Below are positions 6,995-16,892 of a DNA stretch of 26,869 bases, one piece after another. The notes under the pieces were generated by a model. It ran no database searches and was not told the DNA's origin. It worked only from the letters and a program-made list of their open reading frames with translations. This DNA is from a virus. Taxonomy: Duplodnaviria > Caudoviricetes. The DNA is taken from IMG/VR virus record IMGVR_UViG_3300030330_005625, positions 1-26,869 of that record; one strand, 5' to 3'. Every line of letters begins with the position of its first letter. Within the stretch, counting starts at the first letter, position 1. A program made the position numbers and the translations under genes.

Positions 6995-7725
6995 GGTGAA
7001 GACTCCCGAATGAGGGCGCGTAGCCCGTGAACGGTGACAGAAGTGGTCCCGCTTGTGCGGTAGGTCGCGATCCCGAGGTAGCCGTTCGATAGCTTGGGGT
7101 TGATCGACGACCGCCCGCCCGAGGCGGGAGCGCCGATCGCGTCGATCAAAGTCCCGCCACCCGGCGACGGCCACGACCCCGCCCACGCGCCGCGGTCGTA
7201 AGCGCGCGCCCCCGCGCTCGTGATCAGGACCTCGACCACTCGATCAGAGGAGCCCGACAGGGCCTCGCTCGGGTCCGTGTACTGGCTGGACGAGACGACA
7301 GACCCGATCTCCCACTGACCCGGGCTCGACCGGTAGACCGGGCCGACGTTCATCGCGTTCGCGGAGGTCCCAAAGCTAACGACGAGGCGCCCGAAGTCGC
7401 CCGGGGTAGCGTCGGCGGACCACCGGAGCTGAACGGCTAGCTCCTCGCCGTCGCCGAGGGTGCCCCAGCTCGACAGGGCAGCCCCGACTCGGGGAGCCGT
7501 CGCCCCGTTGACCGTGCCGGTCTTGTCCTGCACAAAGACGAGACCGGTCGATCCGTCGGTCCCGAGGGTCGTGCACTTGCTCGGGTTCTGGCGCGAGAGC
7601 GTCAGCCCGTCAAGGGTGATCGAGCTGCTCGTCTTGAGATTGACCGCCGACGCCGACTCGAAGTCGAGGGCCCGGAGCGTGCGCCATTCGGCTTGGACGG
7701 AAATCGAGGAACCGGGCGCGGGCAT
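6991..7725 (-). CDS. Virion/tail accessory protein, beta-rich (possible receptor binding)
   Basis: Ser/Thr/Gly-rich 244 aa at the end of the tail module. Confidence 0.55.
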   Translation of the reverse strand: MPAPGSSISVQAEWRTLRALDFESASAVNLKTSSSITLDGLTLSRQNPSKCTTLGTDGSTGLVFVQDKTGTVNGATAPRVGAALSSWGTLGDGEELAVQLRWSADATPGDFGRLVVSFGTSANAMNVGPVYRSSPGQWEIGSVVSSSQYTDPSEALSGSSDRVVEVLITSAGARAYDRGAWAGSWPSPGGGTLIDAIGAPASGGRSSINPKLSNGYLGIATYRTSGTTSVTVHGLRALIRESSP

Positions 7726-8039
7726 TAGGCCCCCTCAAACATCGCGGTGAGGCCGACAGTACCCGACCCCGAGGAGACGGCGACGTAGATCACAGTATCG
7801 CCGTCCTTGCGCCCCTTGCCCGCCATTCCGGGAACAGACCGCATGTAGATCGCCTTCTGCGGATAGGTCTCGTAATCCGACGCGAGGGCGCCGCCGTCGG
7901 TCCCGGTCATGGCGAGGACCACGTCGTGCGCGAGGGCCTCGATCCGGAGGTATCGCGCGTTCCGGGGGATGGTTACGGCCTCGGTCGTCGTGCCGAGGGC
8001 GAGCCGCTTCGGGCTCCCGATCGTGAGGGTCGTCGCCAT
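7725..8039 (-). CDS. Small virion structural protein
   Basis: 104 aa, beta-rich, GGAG RBS, in the tail module. Confidence 0.55.
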   Translation of the reverse strand: MATTLTIGSPKRLALGTTTEAVTIPRNARYLRIEALAHDVVLAMTGTDGGALASDYETYPQKAIYMRSVPGMAGKGRKDGDTVIYVAVSSGSGTVGLTAMFEGA

Positions 8040-8051
8040 GGTTTGCGGCTC

Positions 8052-9713
8052 CTAGCTTGTGGGGACATCGTACAGAAGGAGACCCCGCAAGATCTCCAGA
8101 GTGACACGGACCGACGGCCCGCCGACCTCGACCTCCTCGACCGTCGCGAGGAGGACCTCGTCGGGGTTGAGATCCGGATCGTCGAGGCGGACCACGTCGC
8201 CGAGGGCGAGGCCCTCCAGCTCGACGCCGCCCTCGTACAGCCGACGGTGTCGGGGTAGGCTCTGTGCGTCGAGGTAGTCCAGGGCGAGACGTTGCGCGGT
8301 CGCCCGGTCCCAGGTCGTCGGGACCTCGATCACGGCCTCCACCGTCCCGACGTAGGGCTCGACGATCTCTGCCCAGTGTGCCCCACCCTCGGCGAGGACG
8401 CCCGCGCTCGTGGTCTCGGCGGCGTCGCCCGGGGTGACTCCGACGGTGACGCTCTCCTGATAGGTCGAGAGGGTCCGGTAGGCGTAGGACACCCGGACCC
8501 TCGATGCGAGGGTGACGGCCACCGGCGAGAGGGGCGAGGTCGCCGAGACGAGGATCCCGCCGCCCGTCGTCGAGAGGGTCGCGACCGCGTCGGCCTCGCT
8601 CGCCCGGAAGGTCCGCCGTCGACAGTACAGACCGTTAGGCCCCTGGATGATGCGGACGGGGTACACCCGAAGGATCTCGCCCTCGATCCAGGCCCCGATC
8701 TCGGTCGGCTCGGTCAGAACGGCGTCGATCTGGTAGGCGTTCAGCTCGTCGGCGTAGGTCTCCATCCGGCCCGTGTCGACCTTGCGCCCTCCGACCCGCT
8801 CGTAAAGGTACCGGAGAACATCGGAGAGGCCCCGGAGGTCGCCGGTCCGGTAGGGGTTGCTCCGCCCCTCGGCGGGCGACGCGAGGCCCCACCAGAACGA
8901 CCGGCCCGAGTTCACCCGCTCGTCGGTGAGAGGGCTCCAGGGGTTGCCCGTGTCCGCCGCGGCGGAGAAGGTCCGGCCCTGCTCGTCTTGAGTCTGAACG
9001 ACGCCCTCAACGACCGAGACGGCGAAGTCGGTCACATCCCAGAGGAGGCAGTTCGCCGCCCGGACCGTGTGACCGCAGAGGAGCCACCCCGGCGACTTCG
9101 AGTCGCTGATCGTGTCGTCGGTCAGGGTCAGTTCGAGGGCGGGGATCGCCGGCTGCCCCGTCGGGTAGCCCGGGCGCCCGAGGACCTCGGGCCTCGATGC
9201 TCCGAGGCTCGGGCCGTCGTCGGTCGTCGCCGCATTGACGATGAACGAGAGCGAGGGGATCGACGCCTTCGTGACGGTCAGGCTCGGGAGCAGGTCGCCC
9301 GTCACGAGGTCGAGCGGACGGAGGACCGCCGAGAGCCGATCGCGGGCGGTCGGATCGGCGACGGTCACGTCTCCGAGGTAGCCCTCGACGACGAGGCGGG
9401 CGTCCTCCAGGTCGTCGCCAGTGTGCCACCGGTAGAGGCGGGCCGGGATGCGTTCGAGGAACAACCCCCGGCGCCACGACGAGAGCCAGTCGACCCGATC
9501 CGAGTCGACGACGACCCGGACCTCGGGCGACGCCTCGACGCGCCCGAGGGTGATCTCCCCGAGGCCGCCCTCGACGAGCACGTCCCCCGCATCGGTCCCA
9601 AGGACGAAGCCGACCTCGGAGAAGTAGACCGTCCCGCGCTCGTACCAGTCCACGGCGAGGACCCACCGGCCCTCGGTCCCGAGGAGGTCGCGCCATGACG
9701 GAGCGAGCGGCAT
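8052..9713 (-). CDS. Minor tail / tail-tip hub protein
   Basis: 553 aa; C-terminal LALGDVVRLDD motif typical of tail-tip proteins; synteny. Confidence 0.7.
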   Translation of the reverse strand: MPLAPSWRDLLGTEGRWVLAVDWYERGTVYFSEVGFVLGTDAGDVLVEGGLGEITLGRVEASPEVRVVVDSDRVDWLSSWRRGLFLERIPARLYRWHTGDDLEDARLVVEGYLGDVTVADPTARDRLSAVLRPLDLVTGDLLPSLTVTKASIPSLSFIVNAATTDDGPSLGASRPEVLGRPGYPTGQPAIPALELTLTDDTISDSKSPGWLLCGHTVRAANCLLWDVTDFAVSVVEGVVQTQDEQGRTFSAAADTGNPWSPLTDERVNSGRSFWWGLASPAEGRSNPYRTGDLRGLSDVLRYLYERVGGRKVDTGRMETYADELNAYQIDAVLTEPTEIGAWIEGEILRVYPVRIIQGPNGLYCRRRTFRASEADAVATLSTTGGGILVSATSPLSPVAVTLASRVRVSYAYRTLSTYQESVTVGVTPGDAAETTSAGVLAEGGAHWAEIVEPYVGTVEAVIEVPTTWDRATAQRLALDYLDAQSLPRHRRLYEGGVELEGLALGDVVRLDDPDLNPDEVLLATVEEVEVGGPSVRVTLEILRGLLLYDVPTS

Positions 9714-12700
9714 TACGTCAGCTCCGTCACGGTGAGCGACTCGACCCGGACATACTCGTCGACGCCCTCGTCGCCGACGACCTGAGCCGCTTGAACCGTG
9801 CCCTCAATCAACCCGAACAGGTAGAGGCTCGGGTCGGTGATCGTCTCTGTCTGGCTCGGGATCTGCGGCACGACGACGACGGGGATCCGGCCCGACTGCG
9901 CTCGATGCTGGAGCGCTTCGAGCTGCCAGAGGACGTCGTCACGTCCTGCGAGGGCGGGCGTCGCCGGTCCCGCCGAGAGGTGATCGACCTGGCTCGCGTT
10001 GCCTCGGAGGCGGTCGATCTTGCTCCCGTGAGCCCACGAGACCGTGAGGCGTCGGCGAGGCGTCCCGCGCTCCTCGATGCGGCGCGTCCCACTCTGCGAG
10101 TCCGCCGTCGAGATCACAGGCTCGACCGCGAAGGTGAACCCGTCGGCCCACCGCTTGCCCGGCACGACAAGCGCCCCGAGGGCGATCGTCCCGGCCTCGT
10201 AATAGCCCTCGGCGGTCGTCTGCGTCGGGATGCGGAAGCGCCAGTAACGAACGGGCGCCGGGGTGTACCCCGAGAGGACGAGCACCCCGCTATGGTGAAT
10301 AATCGTCATGCTCCCCGAGGAGCCCACGCTTCCCGGGTCGTCGATCCGGAACACGGGCTTCACCGTCGCCGTGTTCGCCAGATACCCCGCGGTGTGACTC
10401 GTGATCCGGCGGCGGACCCCGCTCCCGAAGTCGATATAGCCGCCGACCAGCTCGTCGGCGTGTAGCCATCGAGTGACCGAGGCGGGCGCCCCGTTGACCT
10501 CGATCGCGTCGCCGGTCTTTGTGTAGGCGACCGAGGGGAAGCGCAGATCGAGCGTCCCCCGGGTCGTATACGTCGGCGTCGAGTCGCCCGTCGCGACTTC
10601 GAGGCGGTCGAAGTTAGCCTTCCTCACGATCACGACCGGGAGAACGTCGTCGAGGCGCGAGTCGGTCCCGGTCTGTAGCTCGACCACGAGGTCGGTATTC
10701 ACCCCGTCGGCGCTCGTCCTCCAGGTCGCGTCAGGCGACGGCGACGAGGTCGGGAACACCGCCCCGACCGGGTGGTCGTAGGCCGGATCGACGTTGAAAT
10801 CGGGCGTCCCGATCGGTCGATTGTGACCGCCGACGACCCGCACGAATGCCGAGGCCGTCGAGGATCCGATCCCCGGGAGCGGGTAGGGAACCCCCGCGAT
10901 CCGCTTGCCGACCTGATCGCCGATACCAAGACCGTGCGAGCGTAGGATCTCGATGTCTTCGTGACGGTGCGTCACCCACCACCACCGCGACGAGGAGGCC
11001 CCGGTCGCGAGGTGACCCCAGGTCGTGCGGGCCGTCGTCGTCGAGGATCCGGCGGTGACTGCGATCGTCCCGTGCAACGTCCACAGGTCCGCGGGCGAGG
11101 GGCGCGAGTAGAGGCGCGCGGTCGAGCCGCCCGACAGTTCGAGGAGATAGTCGCGGCGGGCCGTCACGTCGACCGAGACGGTGATCGCCGTCGTCCCGTC
11201 GGTGAAGCGGAGCTGATCGGTGTCGGAGAGATTGACCGAGAGGGTGATCAGGTTTCCCGAGGCGTCGCGGTGTCGGAGGCTGACCCCGATGTCGGTCGTC
11301 GAGAGCGCCCCGCCCGAGACGACCTCGCACGACCACGCGACCGCGGCATCGGCGCCCGCCGTCGCCCCGCTCTGCTGCGCGAGGTAGGCCCGGTTCGTCG
11401 TCGCCCCGGTGACGACGGCGAGGTAGCTATCGTCGCTCGATCCGGAGAGCAGCCCGGTGCCCGATCCGGTCGGGGTGTAGCCCGTCGCCCCGCTCGACGG
11501 CGTCGTGACGCTCCACCACATACCGCCGCGGCGCGCCACGGCTGAATAGTTCCCCATGAACCCATCGCGGCCCGGGTTCGTATGATTCGGCCCCGGGCCG
11601 ACATTGTTCCACCCCGAAAGGGAGAACATCACGGCGCCCGACGTGAGGTTCTCCAGAGCCCCGAGGACGTAGATCCGCCCGTTACTCGCGACGCTCCGCA
11701 GCATGGACCACCGGCCTAACTCCAGGCTCCCGACCGGGCCGTCGGTGTACTCGGTCCACGTCACGCCGCCGTCGGTGCTCTCGTACACGATCAGATAGAG
11801 CGAGGGCGCGTCGTTCACGCTGTCGTCGGTGATCGCGTAGGCGGTCCCGTCAGCGTCGATCGTAACGGTGAGAGGGACCTCCGCTTGGGTCACGTCGGAG
11901 CCCGTCGGGAGGTCGACCGAGGGCGCCTCGCTGATCGGGGCGAACGCCGACCCGAGACGCACCGCTCGGAGCTTGTCGTCGGCGGTGTCGTGGTAGACGA
12001 CGAGGATCGTCCCGTCGGGGTAGACATCGACGCCGACGCCCTGACCCGAGACCCCGGCGACCGTCTCGACGAAGCGCCACGAGGACCCGAGGTCGGCGCT
12101 CGCGAGCTGGTGAAGGCGACCGCCCGTGTCGGTGATCAAGGCGACGATCTGCCCCCGGGCGTATCGGATCCAGAGGCCGTCAACCGACCCCGAGACCCAC
12201 GAGGTCCCGCCGGGGAAGGGGTCGTTCGACAGCTCGACCCACGCGCCGCCGTAGGTGCTCTGCGAGAAGCTCGTCGGGCCTTGGAGGTTCGCCGGGCCGT
12301 AGAACTCCAGGATCACGCGCCGCCCGTCGGGTAGCGAGGTGATCGAGGCCGGTCCACGCATCGAGCCCGCCCCGCCGCCGACCGTGAGGACCTGTGCCGA
12401 GGCCGTGAGGGCCTGGATCGACTCGGTGAGAGTGCGGGTCGAGAGGGGCGTCGTCGCGCCCTCGGCGTACACCACGGTCACCCGCTGATCGTCGCGGTCG
12501 GTGCACGCGTCGAGGCTCGTGATCGCCGCGGTCGTCGTGAAGTGTACCGTCGACGCACGCTGACAGAACACCGGCGAGGACCACCCTCGATAGCCCTCGG
12601 GGCTTGCGTCGCTGTCGAGCTTGTAGAGGTACGCGGCGCCCCGCCTCTCGATGGACGGATCGCCCGACTTCGAGACCTTGACGTCGAGGGCCTCGTCCTG

Positions 12701-12868
12701 TGCCCCGCTGACGATCGGGCTCGCGTTCTGCTGCGCGTTGGTAGCGACCGCGGGACCGGGTCGGGGTCCGGCCTCGGTGTAGCTGGACAAAGACGCGTCG
12801 AGGGCGCTCTCGGTGTATCGAGCATCGACGGGGCCGATACCCTGCGGCGTGCGGTCTACTCGTGCCAC
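9713..12868 (-). CDS. Large tail protein with Asp-box (BNR) beta-propeller
   Basis: 1051 aa directly after tape measure; SADLGSSW and STDGGVTW Asp-box motifs. Confidence 0.7.
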   Translation of the reverse strand: MARVDRTPQGIGPVDARYTESALDASLSSYTEAGPRPGPAVATNAQQNASPIVSGAQDEALDVKVSKSGDPSIERRGAAYLYKLDSDASPEGYRGWSSPVFCQRASTVHFTTTAAITSLDACTDRDDQRVTVVYAEGATTPLSTRTLTESIQALTASAQVLTVGGGAGSMRGPASITSLPDGRRVILEFYGPANLQGPTSFSQSTYGGAWVELSNDPFPGGTSWVSGSVDGLWIRYARGQIVALITDTGGRLHQLASADLGSSWRFVETVAGVSGQGVGVDVYPDGTILVVYHDTADDKLRAVRLGSAFAPISEAPSVDLPTGSDVTQAEVPLTVTIDADGTAYAITDDSVNDAPSLYLIVYESTDGGVTWTEYTDGPVGSLELGRWSMLRSVASNGRIYVLGALENLTSGAVMFSLSGWNNVGPGPNHTNPGRDGFMGNYSAVARRGGMWWSVTTPSSGATGYTPTGSGTGLLSGSSDDSYLAVVTGATTNRAYLAQQSGATAGADAAVAWSCEVVSGGALSTTDIGVSLRHRDASGNLITLSVNLSDTDQLRFTDGTTAITVSVDVTARRDYLLELSGGSTARLYSRPSPADLWTLHGTIAVTAGSSTTTARTTWGHLATGASSSRWWWVTHRHEDIEILRSHGLGIGDQVGKRIAGVPYPLPGIGSSTASAFVRVVGGHNRPIGTPDFNVDPAYDHPVGAVFPTSSPSPDATWRTSADGVNTDLVVELQTGTDSRLDDVLPVVIVRKANFDRLEVATGDSTPTYTTRGTLDLRFPSVAYTKTGDAIEVNGAPASVTRWLHADELVGGYIDFGSGVRRRITSHTAGYLANTATVKPVFRIDDPGSVGSSGSMTIIHHSGVLVLSGYTPAPVRYWRFRIPTQTTAEGYYEAGTIALGALVVPGKRWADGFTFAVEPVISTADSQSGTRRIEERGTPRRRLTVSWAHGSKIDRLRGNASQVDHLSAGPATPALAGRDDVLWQLEALQHRAQSGRIPVVVVPQIPSQTETITDPSLYLFGLIEGTVQAAQVVGDEGVDEYVRVESLTVTELT

Positions 12869-12876
12869 GCGGCCCC

Positions 12877-15087
12877 CTAGCGCCCGAGGTAGGGGCTGCG
12901 TGCCCCGATCGCAGTATGCATACCACCCCGCGGCGCTCGCGTCAGTCGCTGCGAGCGGAGGAGGTCGTCCCCGAGATACACGTTCACGCTCCCGAGGGGC
13001 TCGTCCCGGTTCAGGGCCTCAATCGTGCGCCGCCCGAGGCGCTGGGTCGCCCGCTCGGAGAGGACCGCCTCGCCGCGTCGGAGGATCGCGGGCGTCTCGT
13101 CGGGCTCGATCATCCCGCCCATATGGAACTTCGGCGGCTTCTGGGCCTTGATCTTGGCGACGGCGAGAGCTGTGTCCCCGGCGATCGCGCCCGCGGCGAT
13201 AGCGCCCGCAACCGGCCCCAGCTCGGCGAAGGCCCGGATCGCGGCGGCGGAACCGGCGATAATCGTGTTCGCGATCTGGAGCGCCTGGTTCGACTTGAAC
13301 TGTTGACGCGCGGCCTTATTCGCCTTCTTCTGTCGCTTCTCGGCCTTCGCTAGCTCGTCCTCTTTGTCCTCGATCCGGTCTGCGATGTCGGCCCGCTCCT
13401 CTTCGCTCGCGTCGTGCATGGCCTCGCGTAGCGTCTCGATCTCCCCTCGGAGCTTGTCGGCTCGACTTCCGGCCCGTGTCGCGGCCTCGCCGAAGCGGTC
13501 GATCGCCAGCTCCCCGAAGCCGACGGCCACGTCGAGACCCGTCGTTGACAGGTTGAGCATTTGATCGCGGAGTTCCGCGGCTTTGCGCTTGCTCTCCTCA
13601 AACTCGGCTTGGAGCTGATCGAAGGCCGCTTGGATCTGCGGCCCGAGGGCCTCCAGCGCGGCGAGGGGCGCGACGAGGTCCTTCTCTAGCTGCGCTTGGG
13701 CGGCCTCTGTGTTCATCTTTCGGATCGCTTGCTCGACCTCCGAAAACCGGATCGCGAGGAGGGCCTCGACCTCGGCGGCGTCGGCGCCCTCTGCAACGAG
13801 CGCCCGGAGTCGTCGCGCTTCGGCGTCGTAGCTGGCGACGAGCTTCTCGGCGGGTTCGAGCTGATCGAGGCGGGCCTTCGCGAGGTCTTTTGAGACGCCC
13901 GCGGCGACCTTCTGCGCGTCGGCGGCGGCCTTGGTCGCTGCGGTGTTCTTGCCTTGCTTGGTCGTGAGGCTGTCGAGGAGCCCCGAGAGGTCGCCGACCT
14001 CGACCCCGGTAGTCTCGACGGAGCCGATCAGGGCGCGGAACGCGTCGACTTCGGCGAGAAGCTCGGCGCGGATCTTGTCGCCCTCCTCGTCGACGACCCG
14101 GGCGAAATCCTCCATGCTCGGGATCGCCCCGTCGGCGACCGAGGACCGGATCAGCTCGAACGCAGCGGCGAAGACCCGAAAACCGCCGACGCCCGTAATC
14201 GCGGCGAGTTTGGCGATCTCGATACCGCCCGCGAGACCTTGGGCGAATGACAGAGCGACCCCGCCCGCCGTCGCCTTGATCCCGTCGAGGACTTGCGAGA
14301 GGACCGCCATAGCCCGCTGAAACTCGGCGGCCTCCTCGGCGCCGCCCTCCATACCGACGCCGACCCGCTCGACGGCCCCGGCGAACAGGTCGAAGTCACC
14401 CCCGAGCACCTGGGTCACGTTGACCAGTTGCCCGCCCGACTTGCCGAATAGCTCCATCGCGGCGGCGGTCCGCGTTGTCTCGTCCTCGACGGAGGCGAGG
14501 GCCTGGACGGTTTGACGAAAGACCTCGTCGGCGCTGCGGAGGTCGCCGTCGGTGTTCCGTAGCTCGACCCCGAGGCCGTCGAAGACCTGCCCGAGAGTCC
14601 CGCCCGCGCGCTCGGCTTGAGCCATGCGCTTAGCGAACTGCGCGATCCCGCTCGTGAGGTTGCCGAGGTCCTTCCCGGCGGCGTTGGCGCCGAAACGGAG
14701 GGCGGCGAGGGTGTCGGCGCTGATCCCGGTCTCGACGGAGAGGTCGCTCAGCTCGTTGCGGGCGTCGGCGACATCCTGACCGAGGGTAAGGAGGCCCGCG
14801 CCCGCGGCGGCGGCCGATGCGAACCCCGCGGCGATCGCCCCCGCGGCGGCCTGGTAGGCGGCGGCGGTCTTGTCGGCGGTCTCTTTGGCGAGCTTCTCCT
14901 GATCCTTCGCGGCCTTTCGGCGTAGCCGCTCCTCGTCTCGGATCCGCTTCTGCTCCTGATTGACCATCCGCTGCGCGGCCTTCGCGGCGGCCTTGTCGGT
15001 CATGCCGGGAATTTTCGCCATCTCCGCCTGATACCGTCGGGTATCGGCGATGATCGACATCGAAATGTCACGCTTGACGGTGCTCAT
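12877..15087 (-). CDS. Tape measure protein (736 aa)
   Basis: ATG at 15087 (ATGA coupling); Ala-rich helical; LGVELRNTDGDLRS..EVF and AMELFGKSG motifs; C-terminal KFHMGG..PAILRRGEAVL. Confidence 0.9.
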   Translation of the reverse strand: MSTVKRDISMSIIADTRRYQAEMAKIPGMTDKAAAKAAQRMVNQEQKRIRDEERLRRKAAKDQEKLAKETADKTAAAYQAAAGAIAAGFASAAAAGAGLLTLGQDVADARNELSDLSVETGISADTLAALRFGANAAGKDLGNLTSGIAQFAKRMAQAERAGGTLGQVFDGLGVELRNTDGDLRSADEVFRQTVQALASVEDETTRTAAAMELFGKSGGQLVNVTQVLGGDFDLFAGAVERVGVGMEGGAEEAAEFQRAMAVLSQVLDGIKATAGGVALSFAQGLAGGIEIAKLAAITGVGGFRVFAAAFELIRSSVADGAIPSMEDFARVVDEEGDKIRAELLAEVDAFRALIGSVETTGVEVGDLSGLLDSLTTKQGKNTAATKAAADAQKVAAGVSKDLAKARLDQLEPAEKLVASYDAEARRLRALVAEGADAAEVEALLAIRFSEVEQAIRKMNTEAAQAQLEKDLVAPLAALEALGPQIQAAFDQLQAEFEESKRKAAELRDQMLNLSTTGLDVAVGFGELAIDRFGEAATRAGSRADKLRGEIETLREAMHDASEEERADIADRIEDKEDELAKAEKRQKKANKAARQQFKSNQALQIANTIIAGSAAAIRAFAELGPVAGAIAAGAIAGDTALAVAKIKAQKPPKFHMGGMIEPDETPAILRRGEAVLSERATQRLGRRTIEALNRDEPLGSVNVYLGDDLLRSQRLTRAPRGGMHTAIGARSPYLGR

Positions 15088-15767
15088 AGTCGCCCCATTC
15101 CGTCGATGATGTCGTCGTAGATGCGCCCCGCGGCGACCTTGCCCGGATCGAAGACGAGGGCGTCGGCGACCCGGCGCCCCTTGCGCGGTGCTTGCCGTCG
15201 AGTCTGCGCGAGGTCGATCCGTCGGAGGACCCCGATCGCGTAACCGTAGTTTACTAGATCGACCTGTTTCGCCCCGACGGCGATCGCCTGTGCCCACTTC
15301 TTCCGGGAGATCCCGCGCGGCGGCTTACCCATCATCGCCAGCTCTTCGGGCTTTAGCTCTCGGGTGATCTCGCGGCCCTTCTTCTTACCCTTCTGCCCCT
15401 CTCGGATAAAGTAGGCATAAGGCGCATTACAAACGATCGACCCCGCAAGCTTGGTGTCGGTGATCTCCCAGTCGAACCCGAGGAGCGACAGAGACAGGCC
15501 CGTGTCATAGGGCCACGACTTGAACATCTGATTCGCCACCGGCCCTAGGTGCCGATTGAACGCGTCCGCGATCATCGGGTAGGCCCGCTCGATTAGCTGA
15601 AAGATCTTCTTATTGAGCTGGCGATCCGGCTGAACAAGGTCGCTGTCTCGCATCCCTCCGGAATAGCTCAGGTAGTGATGGCCGCGGCGGTGCCACCGGG
15701 CCTCCTTGATTAGGCCCTTCTTCGACACCGGATAGCGCTGACGCTCGAAGAACTCGGAGAGAGCCAC
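15084..15767 (-). CDS. HK97 gp10-like tail completion protein (extended)
   Basis: WPYDTGLS and NAPYAYFIREG motifs; start GTG at 15767 inferred. Confidence 0.55.
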   Translation of the reverse strand: MALSEFFERQRYPVSKKGLIKEARWHRRGHHYLSYSGGMRDSDLVQPDRQLNKKIFQLIERAYPMIADAFNRHLGPVANQMFKSWPYDTGLSLSLLGFDWEITDTKLAGSIVCNAPYAYFIREGQKGKKKGREITRELKPEELAMMGKPPRGISRKKWAQAIAVGAKQVDLVNYGYAIGVLRRIDLAQTRRQAPRKGRRVADALVFDPGKVAAGRIYDDIIDGMGRL

Positions 15768-15769
15768 GG

Positions 15770-15997
15770 CTACACCTGGAACGCGTCGAGGGCGTCGAGG
15801 CGCCCCGTCGCGTGACGGATCGGGGCGCTCTGCCTCGGGCGCTGGCGCGACCGGTGCAGCTCCCACCCGAGGAGGGCGACGAGGGCGTCCCGGTCTGTCT
15901 CGGCGAGTCGATATAGCGCCATGGGGTCCCCGTAGTGAGTCAGCCCGAGACGGAGGTAGAGCCCGTGGAGGTCTCCGCCCGGGCCTCGGAGTTTCCC
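15770..15997 (-). CDS. Tail assembly chaperone, frameshifted (gpT-like) C-terminal part
   Basis: The -1 frame is open from the slippery GGGAAAC (15997-15991) to the stop at 15770: GKLRGPGGDLHGLYLRLGLTHYGDP... Confidence 0.75.
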   Translation of the reverse strand, partial: GKLRGPGGDLHGLYLRLGLTHYGDPMALYRLAETDRDALVALLGWELHRSRQRPRQSAPIRHATGRLDALDAFQV

Positions 15998-16344
15998 GCG
16001 GCCTCCTCGATCTCGTCGTCCTTCGGCATCTGCCGCAGAACGTCGAGGAGCACGCGCGACCCGTGCTCGATGATCTCGGGCACCTTGACGCCCCGACCGA
16101 GGAGGGTATCGACGACCCTCTCGCCGTAGTCGACCACGTCGGCGCGTAGGGCTCGCCTCTGAGCGCTCGGGCTTTCCCCGAGGGTGTCGGGTAGGGCCTG
16201 ACCGAGGACGGCCCCACAGACGGCGACGAGGTCGTCTGACGAGCCCTCGGCGTTGACGTAGGCGCTCCGGAGTCGGAGGCGGATCGGGATCAGGATCACG
16301 GCGGGCCGGTAGTCGGTCCCCCCGAGGGTGATCGGGTCGCTCAT
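15940..16344 (-). CDS. Tail assembly chaperone (gpG-like)
   Basis: Follows major tail; GAGGAG RBS; G GGA AAC slippery heptamer near the 3' end. Confidence 0.8.
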   Translation of the reverse strand: MSDPITLGGTDYRPAVILIPIRLRLRSAYVNAEGSSDDLVAVCGAVLGQALPDTLGESPSAQRRALRADVVDYGERVVDTLLGRGVKVPEIIEHGSRVLLDVLRQMPKDDEIEEAAGNSEARAETSTGSTSVSG

Positions 16345-16362
16345 GCTGTCTCCTCGGGGCGA

Positions 16363-16407
16363 CTACTTGCCGCCCTTCTTCTTGGTCTTCTTCTTCTGAT
16401 AGGCCAT
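16363..16407 (-). CDS. Lys-rich micro-ORF MAYQKKKTKKKGGK
   Basis: ATG 2 nt after the major tail stop; fills the gap up to the next RBS. Confidence 0.4.
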   Translation of the reverse strand: MAYQKKKTKKKGGK

Positions 16408-16409
16408 GA

Positions 16410-16880
16410 TTAGCTGATCGCAATCGTGCCGTTGTTCGTGCCGCTGAAGCTCATCGTCGAGCCCTCCTTCGCCTCGGAGAAGTCGACCCCGCCCTGAACG
16501 ACCGGGAGGGTGATAGTCGCGGTGTTCGTGCCGTCGTCCATGGTTACCTGAACTCGGAAGGCCCACACGGTCGAGTTCACCGACGTTGCGCTCGCGAATG
16601 TGCCGGTCTTCATGACGAAGTCGCGGATCCGGTCATCGGTTCCGTCGGTTAGGGTCTGGTTCTCGATCTCGATCGTGAGGCTGACGTCCTGCTCCAGGTC
16701 GTCGCCAACGACGAACCCGTCGAAGGTGCCACGGTCGAGGACTCGGATCCGCTCGGCGTTATCGGCGTTCGTCTCGCCGATCGAGAGGTCGCCCGGGCCA
16801 GGACCGACGACGATCTCCGCGGCGGGACTGCCTCCGTCGAGGAACTTAACGGTCGTGAGACGTGAGGTAAAACGGGCCAT
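16410..16880 (-). CDS. Major tail (tube) protein
   Basis: 156 aa, acidic, Thr/Gly-rich; AGGAGG RBS; lies before the chaperone and tape measure. Confidence 0.75.
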   Translation of the reverse strand: MARFTSRLTTVKFLDGGSPAAEIVVGPGPGDLSIGETNADNAERIRVLDRGTFDGFVVGDDLEQDVSLTIEIENQTLTDGTDDRIRDFVMKTGTFASATSVNSTVWAFRVQVTMDDGTNTATITLPVVQGGVDFSEAKEGSTMSFSGTNNGTIAIS

Positions 16881-16892
16881 TCGGGGGCCTCC

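Noticed and set aside
8292-10465. Long plus-strand ORFs 8292..9698 and 9695..10465 (also 18907..20097)
   Set aside because: Antisense shadows of tail and capsid genes, as expected at high GC; no motifs.
15088-15297. N-terminal extension of tape measure in the track ORF
   Set aside because: It overlaps the upstream gene; ATG 15087 is coupled to that gene's stop.
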